In this document: one piece after another, positions 1 through 12,759 of the stretch
How positions within the stretch are numbered: the stretch's first letter is position 1
Layout of the letters: each line of letters starts with the position of its first letter
NCBI RefSeq assembly: GCF_964194155.1
Contig: NC_135881.1
Span: 160,642,001-160,706,000 of the forward strand
Source of the DNA: Cetorhinus maximus
Lineage: Eukaryota
Direction: 5' to 3'
DNA: 64,000 nt
Made by a program: the position numbers and the translations under genes
The notes under the pieces: generated by a model
What the model was told of the DNA's origin: nothing
Seen by the model: only the letters and a program-made list of their open reading frames with translations
Databases searched by the model: none

Positions 1-920
1 GCCAGCCACTCACACAAAGATGCCAGGCCTGTTTCCCCCCGCCCCTGCCATTGGCCAAATGCTGCCTATATGACATGTGGCACTACATGGTCTAACCCTC
101 CATCGCAAGGAGGCACAAGCACATGGAGCGCAGAGGGCAACAGATCGATTGGTGCCATGTCACTTTGAAGCTCCCCTCTCAGCATGTCATCACCCTGACT
201 TTGACAGATCCTGGAATTCCAGCACTGCGCCTGGGTGCAGCTCCTCCAGGTTGTCCCTAAAACAGTAATGTGGGTCTCAGTGTACCACATGCTGCAGGTG
301 TAGAACTCATCTCATCACCACCCTCTCAGGCTGACCTCGGCATGGGCAATATCTGCTGGCCCACCCAGCAAAGGACGCATGCCATCAATAATTCAATGCA
401 GCCACTACACTCAGTCTTGGGGTGGTGGGGATGGGGGGCAGCTCCAGGAGGAAAGCCTGTCTGCTGGGTTAAGTGACCAATACCACCATGATACTCACCC
501 TTCCCGAGCGCAAGAGGTCATTGAAACGCTTGCCACACTGGATCCAGGTGCACCGCACCACACCCTGGGAGCTCACGGCCTCTGCCACCTCCTCCCAGGC
601 ACGTTTGGTCATGTTGGGGGGCCTCCACCTCCCATCCTGGGCTGCGAGGACCTCCCACTCTGCCGCCACCTCCTCGAGGAGGGCAGCAAGGCAATCATCC
701 AAAAAACGAGGGACTCAGTGCCCCCTTGCCCTACCCTCCTGCCTAGCCTGCTCACCAGCAGCAGTCTGGGGAGCCCTTCCAGTAGCCATGTTTGACAACC
801 TCTGAAAGGCTGCAGCAGATTTTTCAAACAGGCCGCCAGGTCGCCATTGGACCCAGCGGTCATTGCAGACCTGCATCCGCTCACCCACTCACACTCTGCC
901 CGACACAGAAAATCCTGCCC
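1..920 (-). mobile_element. Harbinger element end with Myb/SANT exon (cut by window edge)
   Basis: TIR AAAATCCTGCCC at 909-920 followed by ATG. ORF 469-702 reads LLEEV...TKRAWEEVAEAVSS...WIQCGKRFNDLLRSGR|gtgag. Confidence 0.8.
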
Positions 921-1021
921 ATGATTCCGTGATGTTAGTAAGGAGGACTTTGCAGGGTCATTGTCCAGTGCCATTGTCACTTCTGGTACATAGATCGATG
1001 CCGGGTGGTCCATCCAGTTTC

Positions 1022-1304
1022 ATTCCTTTTTTGTGACTTGCTTGCTAGGCCATTTCAGATGGCATTTAAGAATCAAACATATCTGGGGTCACATGTAGGT
1101 ACATCCAGGTAAGGGACATTAGTGAACCAGATGGGTTTTTACAACAATCAACAATGGTTTCATGGTCATCATTAGATTTTTAATTCTACATTTTTATTGA
1201 ATTCAAATTCCACCATCTGCCGTGGTTGGATTCGAACCCAGGTCCCCAGAGAATTACCCTGGTTCTCTGGATTACTAGCCCAATACCACTACACCATCGC
1301 CTCC
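1022..1304 (-). mobile_element. tRNA-derived SINE
   Basis: Pol III A box TGGTGTAGTGG (1286-1296) and B box GGTTCGAATCC (1228-1238). The body is shared with 22721-23080. Confidence 0.85.
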
Positions 1305-1309
1305 TCTGT

Positions 1310-2676
1310 GGACCAGATTGTGTGCTGTGCTCACTAGATCGTGACCCCGAGACTGCTTTAGAACTAATCCCACTGGGTGTGTGTCTCTGTGCTGTTGGAG
1401 GGTGTGAGTGAGCGCTGTGATGGGTCTTCAATGGTGTCGGCCTCAGGTTTCTCATCTGTGGTGTAATTGGGGCTCGAGCTAAGGGTCTGGTTGGTTGGGG
1501 GCCTCGGGTGCTTGGCAGAGGTGCCTATGAAAGAAAGTAGAGATAATTAGTGCATAGCAGGCAACTCTAAAACAGGACAGTGCACTCACAATGTGGTTGT
1601 CAGGGAGATGAACTGGGGCAAGATCGTCATGCAGGTGTGTGTTGCCAACTTCATTGTCACTGCAGGCATGGTCCATGTCCTCTCCGGTCAGTTCGATGGC
1701 TCTGTTCTCAAAGACAGCGAGGACCTTTAGTTCTGGCATTCCATTCCCAGTCTGGGACCTCTACCTGCAATTGTGTGCAACCTTGTCCTGCATAAAGACA
1801 GATAAAGAATGTGAGCAGAACACATGCCAGGGCAGATGATAAAGATTCCTGGCATGTGTGAGTAGTGAGTGGAACCATGGATGGGGTGAGGACACAAGCT
1901 CCAGAGGAGATGAGCCCAGATGGTGATGTGAAGGTGTGTGTGAGGGAATGGGTGGTAATGTTCCTTCAATTGGCATTGTGTAAGATGCCATTGAATGTCT
2001 GGGCTTGTGAGTGTGTGAGTTGAGAGTGATGAGGTGGTTGACTTACCCTGGCAGCACAGATGAGATCATTCATCCTCTTTCTGCACTGGGTGGTTGACCT
2101 CTTCTGTGCTGTATTGGCATAGACCACCGCTACCACCACCTGCCAAGCCGGAGTGATAAGGGTGGTAGACCTCCTCTGGCAGAGGACATCATGGCGGGCC
2201 TTGACTGCATCTAGAAGGCATTCCAGTGAAGCGTCACTGAATTTCGGGAGCAGTATGCTTCCTTCCTTTGGGAGCCATGTCTTCCATGTAGCAGTCCTGG
2301 GCTGCAGACATTGAGAAAGCTGTGCAGGGGTGCCATTGAAATATGGCGCCCAAAATGAGGAAACAGTGAGCTCACGATGGGGTGGGTGAATCAGAGGCCA
2401 ACCTCCCGTGTTTTGGCATGTTTCCCATGCATGCATAATTAATGTGGTGAGAAGTGGATGATACGGCACAAAAACTTCCTTGCCTCCGACTCTGTAGCTC
2501 TTGACTGACGGCCTCAGGAGCGCACTGCTCTCTATAGTTCTTGCCAGCCTGAGCTGGGTGAGAAAGGATCGCTGGATTTCCAGATAAATAACTAGGAGCG
2601 GAGTGGCAATTCAGCTGTGATCACCATCTGATCGCGCCTGTCACTGCATTTGTGCGCTGAGGAGAAAATCCTGCCC
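1310..2676 (-). mobile_element. Harbinger relic of a second family, with Myb/SANT exon
   Basis: PKFSDASLECLLDAV...AWQVV...QCRKRMNDL in ORF 1966-2469. TIR AAAATCCTGCCC at 2665-2676. The left boundary is approximate. Confidence 0.75.
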
Positions 2677-3178
2677 AAAGACAGGCAAATAAAAAACAAA
2701 TTTAATTTTAAGTTACTTTTTTTGATTTACAACGATTAAAGACTGAAGAAATGTCACTCCTTGCTTGAAGCAGTTAATTTTCAGTGCAGTGAGGTTAGTT
2801 GCCATAATTAATAGATGTCACATCATTATTAGCATACTTGGACTAGAATGAAGAAGGCTTAACTTTCTGTCATATTCAGTTTGTAGCCACTGTGTAAATG
2901 CAACAACTTCACATCATTCATATATTTCAGTGGTGAGGCAGACAGCAAAATGCCACTTCCACAAAGATAACAGTGAATTGAACAACTGCGTCAGAAGAAT
3001 TGGATATTTGAGTTTAACTGTGCATCTACTTCTCACAAGATGTTGCTATACAATTTGCATGTAAACAACAATTAGCTACGCCATTATTTTGACCAGAAAA
3101 TCACTAAATGTAAACTAAATGAACAGTCCCAAGTTAGGTAATTGAGCCAAATAAAATGAGAAAAGAGGAAAACAGATG

Positions 3179-6100
3179 GGGCATGATTTTGAGGTCGTGG
3201 GTGTGGTGAGTGGCCCTGGAGCGGCTGGGAAAATTGGCTCCTGACCGTGATTTCGTGCTGGCGGGCCAATTAAGGCCCACCCAGTGTGAAACGTGGCTCT
3301 GCACTGGTTGGGGAGGGCAGAGCGGAGGCAGGGGCCTGTCAGCCACCAGGTCCAATGGCGACCCTACGGCCATTTTAAAAACTGCCCAGGCAGCCCCTGG
3401 AAGGTGTCTAGTATCTTGGCGCACATTGGTGAGGGCACTTCACACTCGCTTGAGGTGCAGGCAGAGGCAGAGAGTGCCCAGGGCGCTGGCAGCATGAGGA
3501 CTGCTGGAGACCAGGACGATGCTCAGTCGAAGGCAGATGATGAGCTTCTGGAGTCATACATTAGGTGGCAGATGCTGGATGTCCAGTGGGATGTGCAGGA
3601 GAATCTGGTGGAGACCCATGAGGGTATGCGCGCCATGGTCTCCATTATGGAGGAGTCCATGCGTGAGCACTATGTTGACCCTCATGGCTGAGCACACTGC
3701 CTCCTTCATGGAGAGAATGGTGACTCTCATGGATAGGTAGCTCCAGGAACAGAACGAGGGGTTCCTGGGGTTACGCTTGGACCTGCAAGACCTCACACAG
3801 GCATTGACCTCAGGTGGTTAGTATCAGTGTGGAAGATGGATGAGGCACCCAGTATCCTAGCTAGGTGCCCATCCATCAACGGTGAGCAGGGAGGTCCTGA
3901 GTGACCTCACATTAGTTCACAAGCTGCCTGTCATCTCTGTGGGCTCCTCTCATGGTACTCTGGATGACGGCAGCAGCTCCTCTGCCCCTTCGCCAGAAGA
4001 CCGCGGCAAATGATGAGGCTGCAATGACTGGGGAGATGCCAGCCATGGAACTGGCCGCTCCCTCCCAGTCAGGGCCAGCACAGGCTCCATTGGCCAGAGG
4101 ATGACCTCCAAGATCATCAAGGCCAACAAGACAGCAGAGTCAGCAGGCTGTCTCCAAGGCGGGGGAGAACCAAGACGTAGCACTCGCAAGCGTAAATTAA
4201 AGGCACCATGAGCACAAGAGGGACAGTTCACAGGTCATTTTGTGTTCATTTATGTTTGCTTTATCTATACTGGTGTGGGAATGAAGACCAGAAAAGTTTA
4301 TGTAAATAGTTATGAATTGCCAAAATGAGATAAATTTTGTTTTTGTCATCATGGCCTGTGTATGCTTCACCTTTTTAGTTTATTGGTGCAGGGTACGCTA
4401 GTATGTAATGCTGGGCATAAGTGGCTCTGAAGTGTTCAGTTGCACAGGCACTGAGTGTTCTTTGTGTTCAAATGAAAGGGTCCTTTCAGACATCCGGGTT
4501 GGAGGCACCAGCCCTGGTATGCGGTTGAACCTGATCTTTGGTAGCCTAGCTAAAGGAGCATTAGATCAAGGTGTCCCTTGTGTCTCTGCCTCCCTGGAGT
4601 TTACTGAGGTCTGCCTCCACATCCTCAGCGTTATCCTCACCATGCTCCTTTTCTGACTCACTACTGGACTCATCCTCTGTGGCCTGTGGAGCTGTGTCAA
4701 GATCCTCTTCCTCTAGTGGGTCCTCCCTTGCCAGTGCCAGATTGTGGAGAGTGCAGCATGTGATCACTGTCAGTGACACCCGCTCTTGGGGGTATTGTAG
4801 TGCTTCCCCTGAACGGTCCAGGCATCAGAAGCGCATCTTCAGAAGACCTATGGTCCTCTCTATCACTGTCCTTGTGGAGGCATGACTCATATTGTAGTGC
4901 TTCTCTGCCTCTGTTCTTGGGTGGTAGAGAGGCATCATGAGCCAGCTCTTCAATGTTAGGCCTTGTCACCCAGCAGCTATCCATCCAGTCGGGCTGGAGC
5001 ACTGAAGAGCCTCAGAACCTGGGAATGTCTGAGGATGTAAGCGTCATGAGAGCTGCTGGGGTACCTTGCACAGACTTGCAGAGCTGCATCCTGTGGTCAT
5101 ACACTATCTGCACGTTCATGGAGTGGAATCCCTTCCTGTTGACGAAGGCACCCGGCTGACCCGCTGGCACCTTCATGGCCACATGTGCAGTCGATGGCAC
5201 TCTGGACACGGGGGAACCCAGCAATCACTTCAAGGCCTCTGGCTCGCTCAGCCTGGCTGGCCTTGTCCATACGGAAATGAATAGATGTGAGTACCTGCCT
5301 GAACAGACCTTCTGTGAACAGCTTGATGTAACTGCGGACAGCTGATTGTGAGACTCCACACAGATTCCCCACTGAACCCTGGAAAGAGCCGGAGGCATAG
5401 AAGTTGAGGGCCACTGTGACCTTCAGAGCCACTGGTATGGGGTGTCCATCCACACAGTTGGAGCTGACCTCAGGCCCAATCATCTGACAAATGAAGGTCA
5501 TGGTCTCTCTTGAGAGGCGGAGACTCCCACGGCATTGCACCTCGGATAGATTGAGGTAGCTGCATTGCTGCCTGTAAACCCTGGCATCAGGATAGTTGCA
5601 CCTTCTGCAGCCCCTTCTGCCTTGGACTTCCTTCTGGCCCTGTGCCCCTTGTGCCTGCACCTCTCCTCCCACCAGTCACTCCCCTGGAAGCTGCATTGGG
5701 ACGCCTGGCCTCCTCTCCTTTCTGCCCCTTCCTTCCTCCTCAGAGAAGGTGCCACCAGCGGAGACCACAATCCCCATTACCAGGGTGACGGAAGGCTGCC
5801 TGATACCTGGACGGGTCCACACAGTCTGAATCCTCCAGGGTCCCTGGAGACACCAAGCAGTCCCAAAATGAAGCCTTTTCCACTAAAAATGAAGCCCCAC
5901 ACAGAGATGAAGCTGCCAAGTACCAATAAGTCACCAGCAACAAACTATGTCCCAAACTCCTCACTACTCACACTGGCAGTGCTGCTGACCCCTTTTATTC
6001 TGCCTGTGGATGAGATTTTTGAAAATGCCGGCTGGTCGCCTGCCCGCTTTGCCCGTGTGACGAGCGCAAAATCACATTGGCAATGAAAAATCACCATCAG

Positions 6101-6292
6101 TTGGATTGTTAATGGTCCTAAGTGGCCTGTTAACTAATGGCAGGCATGGCTCTAGTACCCGCTCGCACCTGCCAAGTGAAATATCGCAGGGGTGCGTGAT
6201 GGCGTCAGGACACTTACCCAACGTCATCACACACTATTTCACGCTCAGGCGTGTCGAGCATGCGCCTGCACGCCAAGTGGAAAATCCTGCCC
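3179..6292. mobile_element. PIF/Harbinger transposon, internally deleted sister of 15318-19458
   Basis: TIRs GGGCATGATTTT and AAAATCCTGCCC, with TSD ATG at 3176-3178 and 6293-6295. Collinear with the second copy except for about 1 kb missing near 3400. Confidence 0.92.
4546..5777 (-). pseudogene. Harbinger transposase, frameshifted
   Basis: LKVTVALNFYASGSFQ, GFPRVQSAIDCT, FVNRKGFHSMNVQIV and TCCTLHNLA occur in several frames. Confidence 0.93.
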
Positions 6293-7852
6293 ATGATTTT
6301 CTGTGAGGTGTATGATTTTACAATATTGCTCCAAAGAAATAGCAGAGAACTCAGAGAGTAATGTAGGAGTTTGGCAAATAGGTCAATTGCATATCTGGGC
6401 AATTTACTTCCCTTAATCTATTAATTGCACATTATATGAAAATCAATATCTTCACTGACTTATTGCACTGGCAGGACTGCACAACTTTATTGAGTCTGCT
6501 TTCTATGAGGTGGAACATGTTACAAATATCACACATCTGAACAACTCATCAAAATTTACCGTCAAAAATACAGCTAAGTCAGTTGTTAAGCTGTTAACCA
6601 TGCACATTGTTATGATTTTGTTAGAGACCATTAATGGTTAAAGAGAAGTCCGAACACCTCATAATTAACTGACAGAACTACACCACAAGATTTCACATTT
6701 TTATACAAAAAGAAACAATTATATATAAAAAGAATTAAGCAAAGCAAGCACTATTGACTTAACACTATAGTTTATAACTACTTATGCTATGAGCTTAGTT
6801 GTACTTTTTAATTCCATGCCCCCCCCCACATCTCCACCCCCACCCCCGAGTCTTCCCTTATACGTTGCAAAAGTCTTGAAGGTTCATTCACTTCTCCTGG
6901 GACCAACTCAAAGGTAGGCCATAGGATCCCCCCACCATGCCCCCTCCTCTCCCCAGAAGTCACTTTGAACTTTCGATTTCTCTTCCAGTGTTCCAAGGTA
7001 TGAAGTTTCATGGGGATCCTTCCATTAGTTTTTGGCTAAGTGATCCTCCAAATTCTCTTCAAAACCTCACAACTGTGGACTTCTCAACTCAAACTTATGC
7101 TTCACTGCATCCTTGCTTATGGATTTAAACATCAAGAACATCCCTGGTTCCTAATGGTCCTCTATGCTCCCACAGCTTCTATACAGTTGTTAGTGCCACA
7201 GCTGATTTCCAGCTCCTGGCAGATGCTTTCTCCCTGCCTGATCCAAGCTGACTGCTTCCAAGCTAGCTACAAACTGCCTTCTGCCACAAGGCTCTATGAA
7301 GATCACTGTAGATTTTTTCCTCAAGCTTCTAGGAAAATCTTCCAGCTTCTTTTTCCCTCACAAATTCCAAACTGAGCTTGAGATTCACCTGCAATCTTCG
7401 AAGTGAATGATTTAGTATTTTCTCTACTTAAGATGTAGGTCCAACTAACATTTATTTCCTTTGGCTCTCCCAACTCAGTGAGCTGCACTCTATGCTAAAC
7501 CAAAACTGCAGCTGCTTCTGTGAGAAACACCCAGCTAAATTAAACAAAGGAATCTTCTAATCCGCACAGCCCAGCTCCATGACAGTCTGGCATGCTTTGG
7601 GATGTTCCAAAATGAAATGCAAACTAATTATCTGTCACCTTGAAAATACTCTTTGATTGTGTGACTCATACGAATAAGTTATATATCTAATGCAGTTTTA
7701 TGACCCTTTCGCTGGATCTTCTAGATCCCCCTGACTGGACCAACTGCCTCTAACTTCTTTTCATCCGGGAGCTACCACATAACTGAAGTATTTTCTTGAA
7801 GTAAACGGAGACCTGCTGGCTATATTACAAGCTCAGTGATAGGTTTAGATCA

Positions 7853-8038
7853 AAAGATAAAAGCAAAATACTGCGGATGCTGGAAATCTGAAACAAAAGC
7901 AAAAATTGCTGGGAAAACTCAGCAGATCTGACAGCATCTGTGGAGAGAAAGACAAAGTTAACGTTTCGAGTCTGTATGACTCTTCTTCAGAACTAAAGAG
8001 AAGTAGAAATGTGGTAAAATACATACTGTTTAAGGGCA
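7853..8038 (-). mobile_element. Short Penelope-type retro-repeat with hammerhead-like motif
   Basis: 10-bp TSD GTTTAGATCA at 7843-7852 and 8039-8048. Related copies at 28483, 47381, 59638 and 24233. Confidence 0.75.
7956..7994 (-). ncRNA. Candidate minimal type I hammerhead ribozyme
   Basis: Minus strand reads AGTT-CTGAAGA-A-GAGTC-ATACA-GACTC-GAA-ACGT-T-AACT. This gives the CUGANGA and GAAA cores, a 5-bp stem II, a palindromic ACGU stem III and a 4-bp stem I. Confidence 0.6.
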
Positions 8039-9299
8039 GTTTAGATCACTGTTTAAGTTTTTACACCTCTCCCTCTGACCTTGTAAGATAAATACCAGTT
8101 GCCTTTTAATTGTAATTAACAGTAAGTTAGTTTGAATCGTGTTCACTTAAGATGCATACCAATTTCTTAACCAGGTGTTTCCATTTAGCTTACATTCAAC
8201 ACTTTAATTTCTAAAACAAAAAGTTATATTCTGAAACAAATGAATTATGAACTAGATATTCACAACAATCATGCACAAACATAATTCACTTGGACAACTT
8301 GCATTGATTAACTCAGGTAAAAATGTGAGAAACTTAAAGTTCACAGATGGCCTTGCTTTACAAGTATGCTTTCACTAATGATGGGCTGGAATTATTAATT
8401 CTCTACATGTACAAAGAAATAACCCATCAAAGAGGAGTCATTAACAAGTAAAGATTATCAATGTTAATTTGAGGGTTATTTACCATTCTTTGTGTCAGCT
8501 AGATCTGCCACAGTCACAGAGCTCTGAGTTTCTTTAGGGTCAGAAAATCCAAAGTTGGTTATTTTCTTGAAGCTACCAGGCTAACACACAATGGCTGAAA
8601 TCTTTTGGAAAAAGAAAGGAAGACTTAATTTATAAAGAATCCCTGCTGACATTCTTGGAAACCTTAGATCACTGAAGTTCACTGACCTGAATGTAAGGAC
8701 CTGACACTTTCAGTCTAATCTTTTATACTTTGGTACTGCTTTAGACTAAAGGTCAGTCAAGGCACCATTTAGTTATGGTAATTTTTCAGATGTTATTTGC
8801 CTTTAGCAGAGTTACTGTAGTCTCTTGAATAAACCACGACTGATATTGATTTGTAAAGTCTCATGCTGAAAGAATTTGACTTCAGCCTTCGATAGCTGAT
8901 CCATCTCATTGGTTTTCAGGTGAAAAGACGGCATTCCTTTAATGCAAATGATCACACTGACAGGGCCTCTGTGCGACATGAGCTCCCTGGAATGCTTCCT
9001 CCCTCATTTTAGGCTATTTTAGAAATTTTATTCTACTGAGAATTATCCCCCAAATATTAGACAGCCAGTAATCAAGACTTACCACCTACCCAACCCTAAT
9101 AAATCCTCAATTCTGCTCATACTGCAAGGCTTGTAAAATGAATTTCAAAATAGGTAGGTGTGTGGTGGTGCATTTTCATAGGAAAAAATATTCCTTAGAA
9201 AACAAGAGTCTAAATAGAAGCAGTGAGATCTAGGGTATAGATTTTTTAAAAACACAGTAAAGGTAGTGATGCAGGTTAAGGCCATTAAAAAAAAAGGGG

Positions 9300-11907
9300 C
9301 AGCCACATTGTTAGGTGTTTATTATAGACCCCCAGATAGTCAACGGGAAATTGAGGAGCAAATATGTGCATAATTCGCGGAGGTGAGTAAAAACAATAAT
9401 AATAGGGTAATTATATTAGGTGATTTCAACTTTCCCAACATTAATTGGGATAGACATAGTGTAAAGGGCTTGGATGGAGTGGATTTCTTGAGATGTGTAC
9501 AGGAGAACTTTTTAGGTCAATATGTAGAGGGCCCAACAAGGGTCGGCGCAGTGCTGGACCTAATTCTGGGAAATGAAGCCGGACAGGTGGCTGAGGTGGT
9601 GGTGGGGGAGCATTTTAGTGATAGCGACCGCAACATGGTACAATTTAAGCTTGTTATGGACAAAGAAATAGACAAGTTGCAAAAAAATGTTTTGGATGGA
9701 TTGGTAGAGAGGAGATTTTAGTAAAATAAGGCAGGATCTGGCCAAGGTAGACTGGGAACAGTTACTTGTGGGGAAATCTACAGAAGAGCAGTGGAGGGCG
9801 TTCAAAAGGGAAATGGGAAGGGTACAGGCTCAACATGTTCCCTCTAGGGTGATAGGAAGGAGTAACAAGCCCAGAGAACCATGGATGACCAGAGATATTC
9901 AGGTTACGATGGGAAGGAAAAGAGAGGCTTTTAGCAGGTTACAAGGGGAGCAAATCAGCGGAGGGATTAGTGGAGTACAGAAAGTGCAGGGTGGAGCTTA
10001 AGAAAGCAATTAGGAGAGCAAAGAGGGGATATGAGAAAGCTCTGGCTGGTAAAAGTAGGGAAAATCCCAAGATAAGTATATCAATGGGAAGAGGATAACC
10101 AGGGAAAGAGTAGGGGCCATTAGGGACCAAGGGGGCAGCCTATGGGTGGAGACAGAGGACATTGGTAGAGTGTTGAATGAATACTTCACATCCACCTTCA
10201 CCCAAGAGAATGAGGATGAAGATATGGAACTCGGGGAGAGGGACTGCGAGGTTCTTGAGCAAATTGATATAGGGAGTGACAAGGTATTGGAGGTGTTGGC
10301 AGGCTTAAAAGTGGACAAATCTCCAGGTCCGGATGATTTGTGTCCCAGACTGCTGAGGGAGGCAAGGGAGGAGATCGCAGGGGCTCTGACCCAAATTTTT
10401 AATTCCTCTCTGGCCACAGGGGAGGTGCCAGAGCACTGGAGAACAGCTAATGTGGTTCTGCTATTTAAGAAGGGTTGTAGAGATAAGCCAGGGAACTACA
10501 GGCCAGTGAGTCTCACGTCAGTGGTAGGGAAACTATTGGAGAAAATTCTGAAGGAGAGAGTCTATCTCCACTTGGAGAGGCAAGGTTTGATCAGGGATAG
10601 TCAGCATGGCTTTGTCAGAGGGAGGTCATGCCTAACAAATTTGATTGAATTTTTTGAGGAGGTGACCAGGTGTGTAGATGAGGGTAGTGTAGTTGATGTA
10701 GTTTATATGGATTTCAGCAAAGCCTTTGACAAGGTCACACATGGGAGACTTATAAAGAAGGCAAATGCACATGGGATACAGGGTAATTTGATAAGGTGGA
10801 TTCAAAATTGGCTTAGTTGTAGGAGACAGAGGCTGATGACAGAAGGCTGCTTTAGTGACTGGAAGCCAGTGTCCAATGGCGTACCACAAGGATATGTGCT
10901 GGGTTCCCTATTATCCATCATTTATATAAATGACATAGATGACTATGTGGGGGGTAGGATTAGTAAGTTTGCGGATGACACAAAGATTGGCAGCGTGGTT
11001 AACAGTGAGGTTGAGTGTCTTGGGCTACAGGAAGATATAGATGGGATGGTCAAATGCGCAGATAAATGGCAGATGGAATTTAACCCTGAAAAGTGTGAGG
11101 TGATACACTTTGGAGGGAGTAATTTGACAAGGAAGTATTCAATGAATGGCATAACACTAGGAAGTTCTGAGGAATAAAGGGACCTTGGCATGTTTGTCCA
11201 TAGATCCCTGAAGGCAGAGGGGCATGTTAGTGGGGTGGTGGAAAAGGCATATGGAACACTTGCCTTTATTAATCGAGGCATAGATTACAAAAGTAGGGAG
11301 GTCATGTTGGAGTTGTATAGAACCTTGGTGAGGCCACAACTGGAGTATTGTGTGCAGTTCTGGTTGCCACATTATAGGAAGGATGTGATTGCACTGGAGG
11401 GGGTGCAGAGGAGATTCACCAGGATGTTGCCTGGGATGAAACATTTAAGTTATGAAGAGAGGCTGGATAAACTTGGGTTGTTTTCATTGAAACAGAGAAG
11501 ACTGAGGGGCGACCTGATCAAGGTGTACAAAATTATGAGGGGCATGAACAGGGTGGATAGGGACCAGCTGTTACATTTAGTTCAAGGGTCAGTCACGAGG
11601 GGACACAAGTTCACGATGGGTGGCAGGAGGTTTAGGGGGGATGTGAGGAAAAACTTTTTTACCCAGAAGGTGGTGGAATGCGCTGCCTGTGAGGGTGGTC
11701 GAGGCGGGTGGCCTCACATCCTTTAAAAAGCACCTGGATGAGCACTTGGCATGTCATAACATTGAAGGCTATGAGCCAAGTGCTGGTAAATGGAATTAGG
11801 TACATAAGTCAGGTGTTTCTCACGTTTTGGTGCAGACTCAATGGCCCGAAGGGCCTCTGTGTGACTGACACTCTGATTCACACTGGCCTCTGTGTGATTC
11901 TGTGATC
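9300..11907 (+). mobile_element. CR1 LINE, 5'-truncated (endonuclease and RT), frameshifted
   Basis: IILGDFNFPNINW, LDLIL and SD endonuclease motifs. The 343-aa ORF 10146-11177 has KSPGPD, NYRPVSLTS, MDFSKAFDKV, GVPQG and FADD. Ends in the TGTGATTCTGTGAT CR1-type tail. Confidence 0.95.
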
Positions 11908-12752
11908 CTTTAAATGACTCGGATGAAGGGATGGATGGGATGGTCGCCAAGCTTGCTCATGACATAAAGATAGGTAGGAAAGTAAGTTTTGAAGAGGACA
12001 TAAGGAGGCTACAAAAATATGTAGATAAAATAAATGAGTGGATCAGGATCAGGAAAATGGAGTATAATGTAGGAAAATGTGAAATTGTCCATTTTGGCAG
12101 GAAGGATAAAAGAGAAGCATATTATCTAAATGGTGAGAGATTGCAGAGCTGAGATGCAGAGGGATCTGGATATCTTAGTGCATGATTTGCAAAAGGCTAA
12201 TATGCAGGTATAGCAAATAAATAGGAAAGTTAATAGAATGTTATTTATTGCAAGGGGAATTGAATTATAAAGTAGGGAGGTTCTGCTTTAGTTGTACAGA
12301 GCACTAGTGAGACCACATCTGGAGTATTGTGTACAGTATTGGTCATCTTATTTAATGAAGGATGTAAATGCGTTGGAAGCAGTTCAGAGAAGGTTTACTA
12401 GACTAATACCTGGAATGGGCAGGTTGTCTTATGAGGAAAGGCTGGACAGGGCGAGGCTTGTATCCACTGGAGTTTAGGAGAGTAAGAGGCGATTTGATTG
12501 ATGAGGTGAAATTTTTTCTCTCAGAGGGTCATGAATCTTTGGAACTCTCTTCCTGAAAAGGTGGTGGAAGCAGAGTCTTTGAATATTTTTAAGGCAGAGG
12601 TGGACAGATTCTGGATAAGAAGGGGTTGATAGGCTATCGGGGGTAGGTGGCATGCAGATTTGAGGTTATATCAGATCAGCCATGATCTTATGAAATGGCG
12701 GAGCAGGCTCAAGGGCCCGAATAGCCGACTCCTGCTTGTTGTTTGTATGTTC
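11908..12752 (+). mobile_element. CR1 LINE 3' fragment
   Basis: KCEIVHFGRK and LVRPHLEYCVQYW motifs followed by a CR1 3' UTR. Confidence 0.85.
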
Positions 12753-12759
12753 ATGTGTA

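Larger units (their letters stand above)
6608..8267. mobile_element. Possible old LTR-like element
   Basis: TGTTATG...CACAACA termini. No clear TSD. Confidence 0.3.

Noticed and set aside
1228-1304. tRNA gene
   Set aside because: A and B boxes are present but run into a SINE body repeated at 22721-23080, with no convincing cloverleaf.
4546-5777. Domesticated HARBI1 gene
   Set aside because: It has multiple frameshifts, lies between TIRs with a TSD and has a second copy in the window, so it is a transposon relic.
5565-6086. Long plus-strand ORFs at 5565-6086 and 18727-19311, similar to each other
   Set aside because: They are similar only because both belong to the same transposon family, antisense to the GC-rich transposase 5' end.
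10146-11177. Active reverse transcriptase gene
   Set aside because: The CR1 is 5'-truncated, with frameshifts upstream and a stop at 11175-11177.
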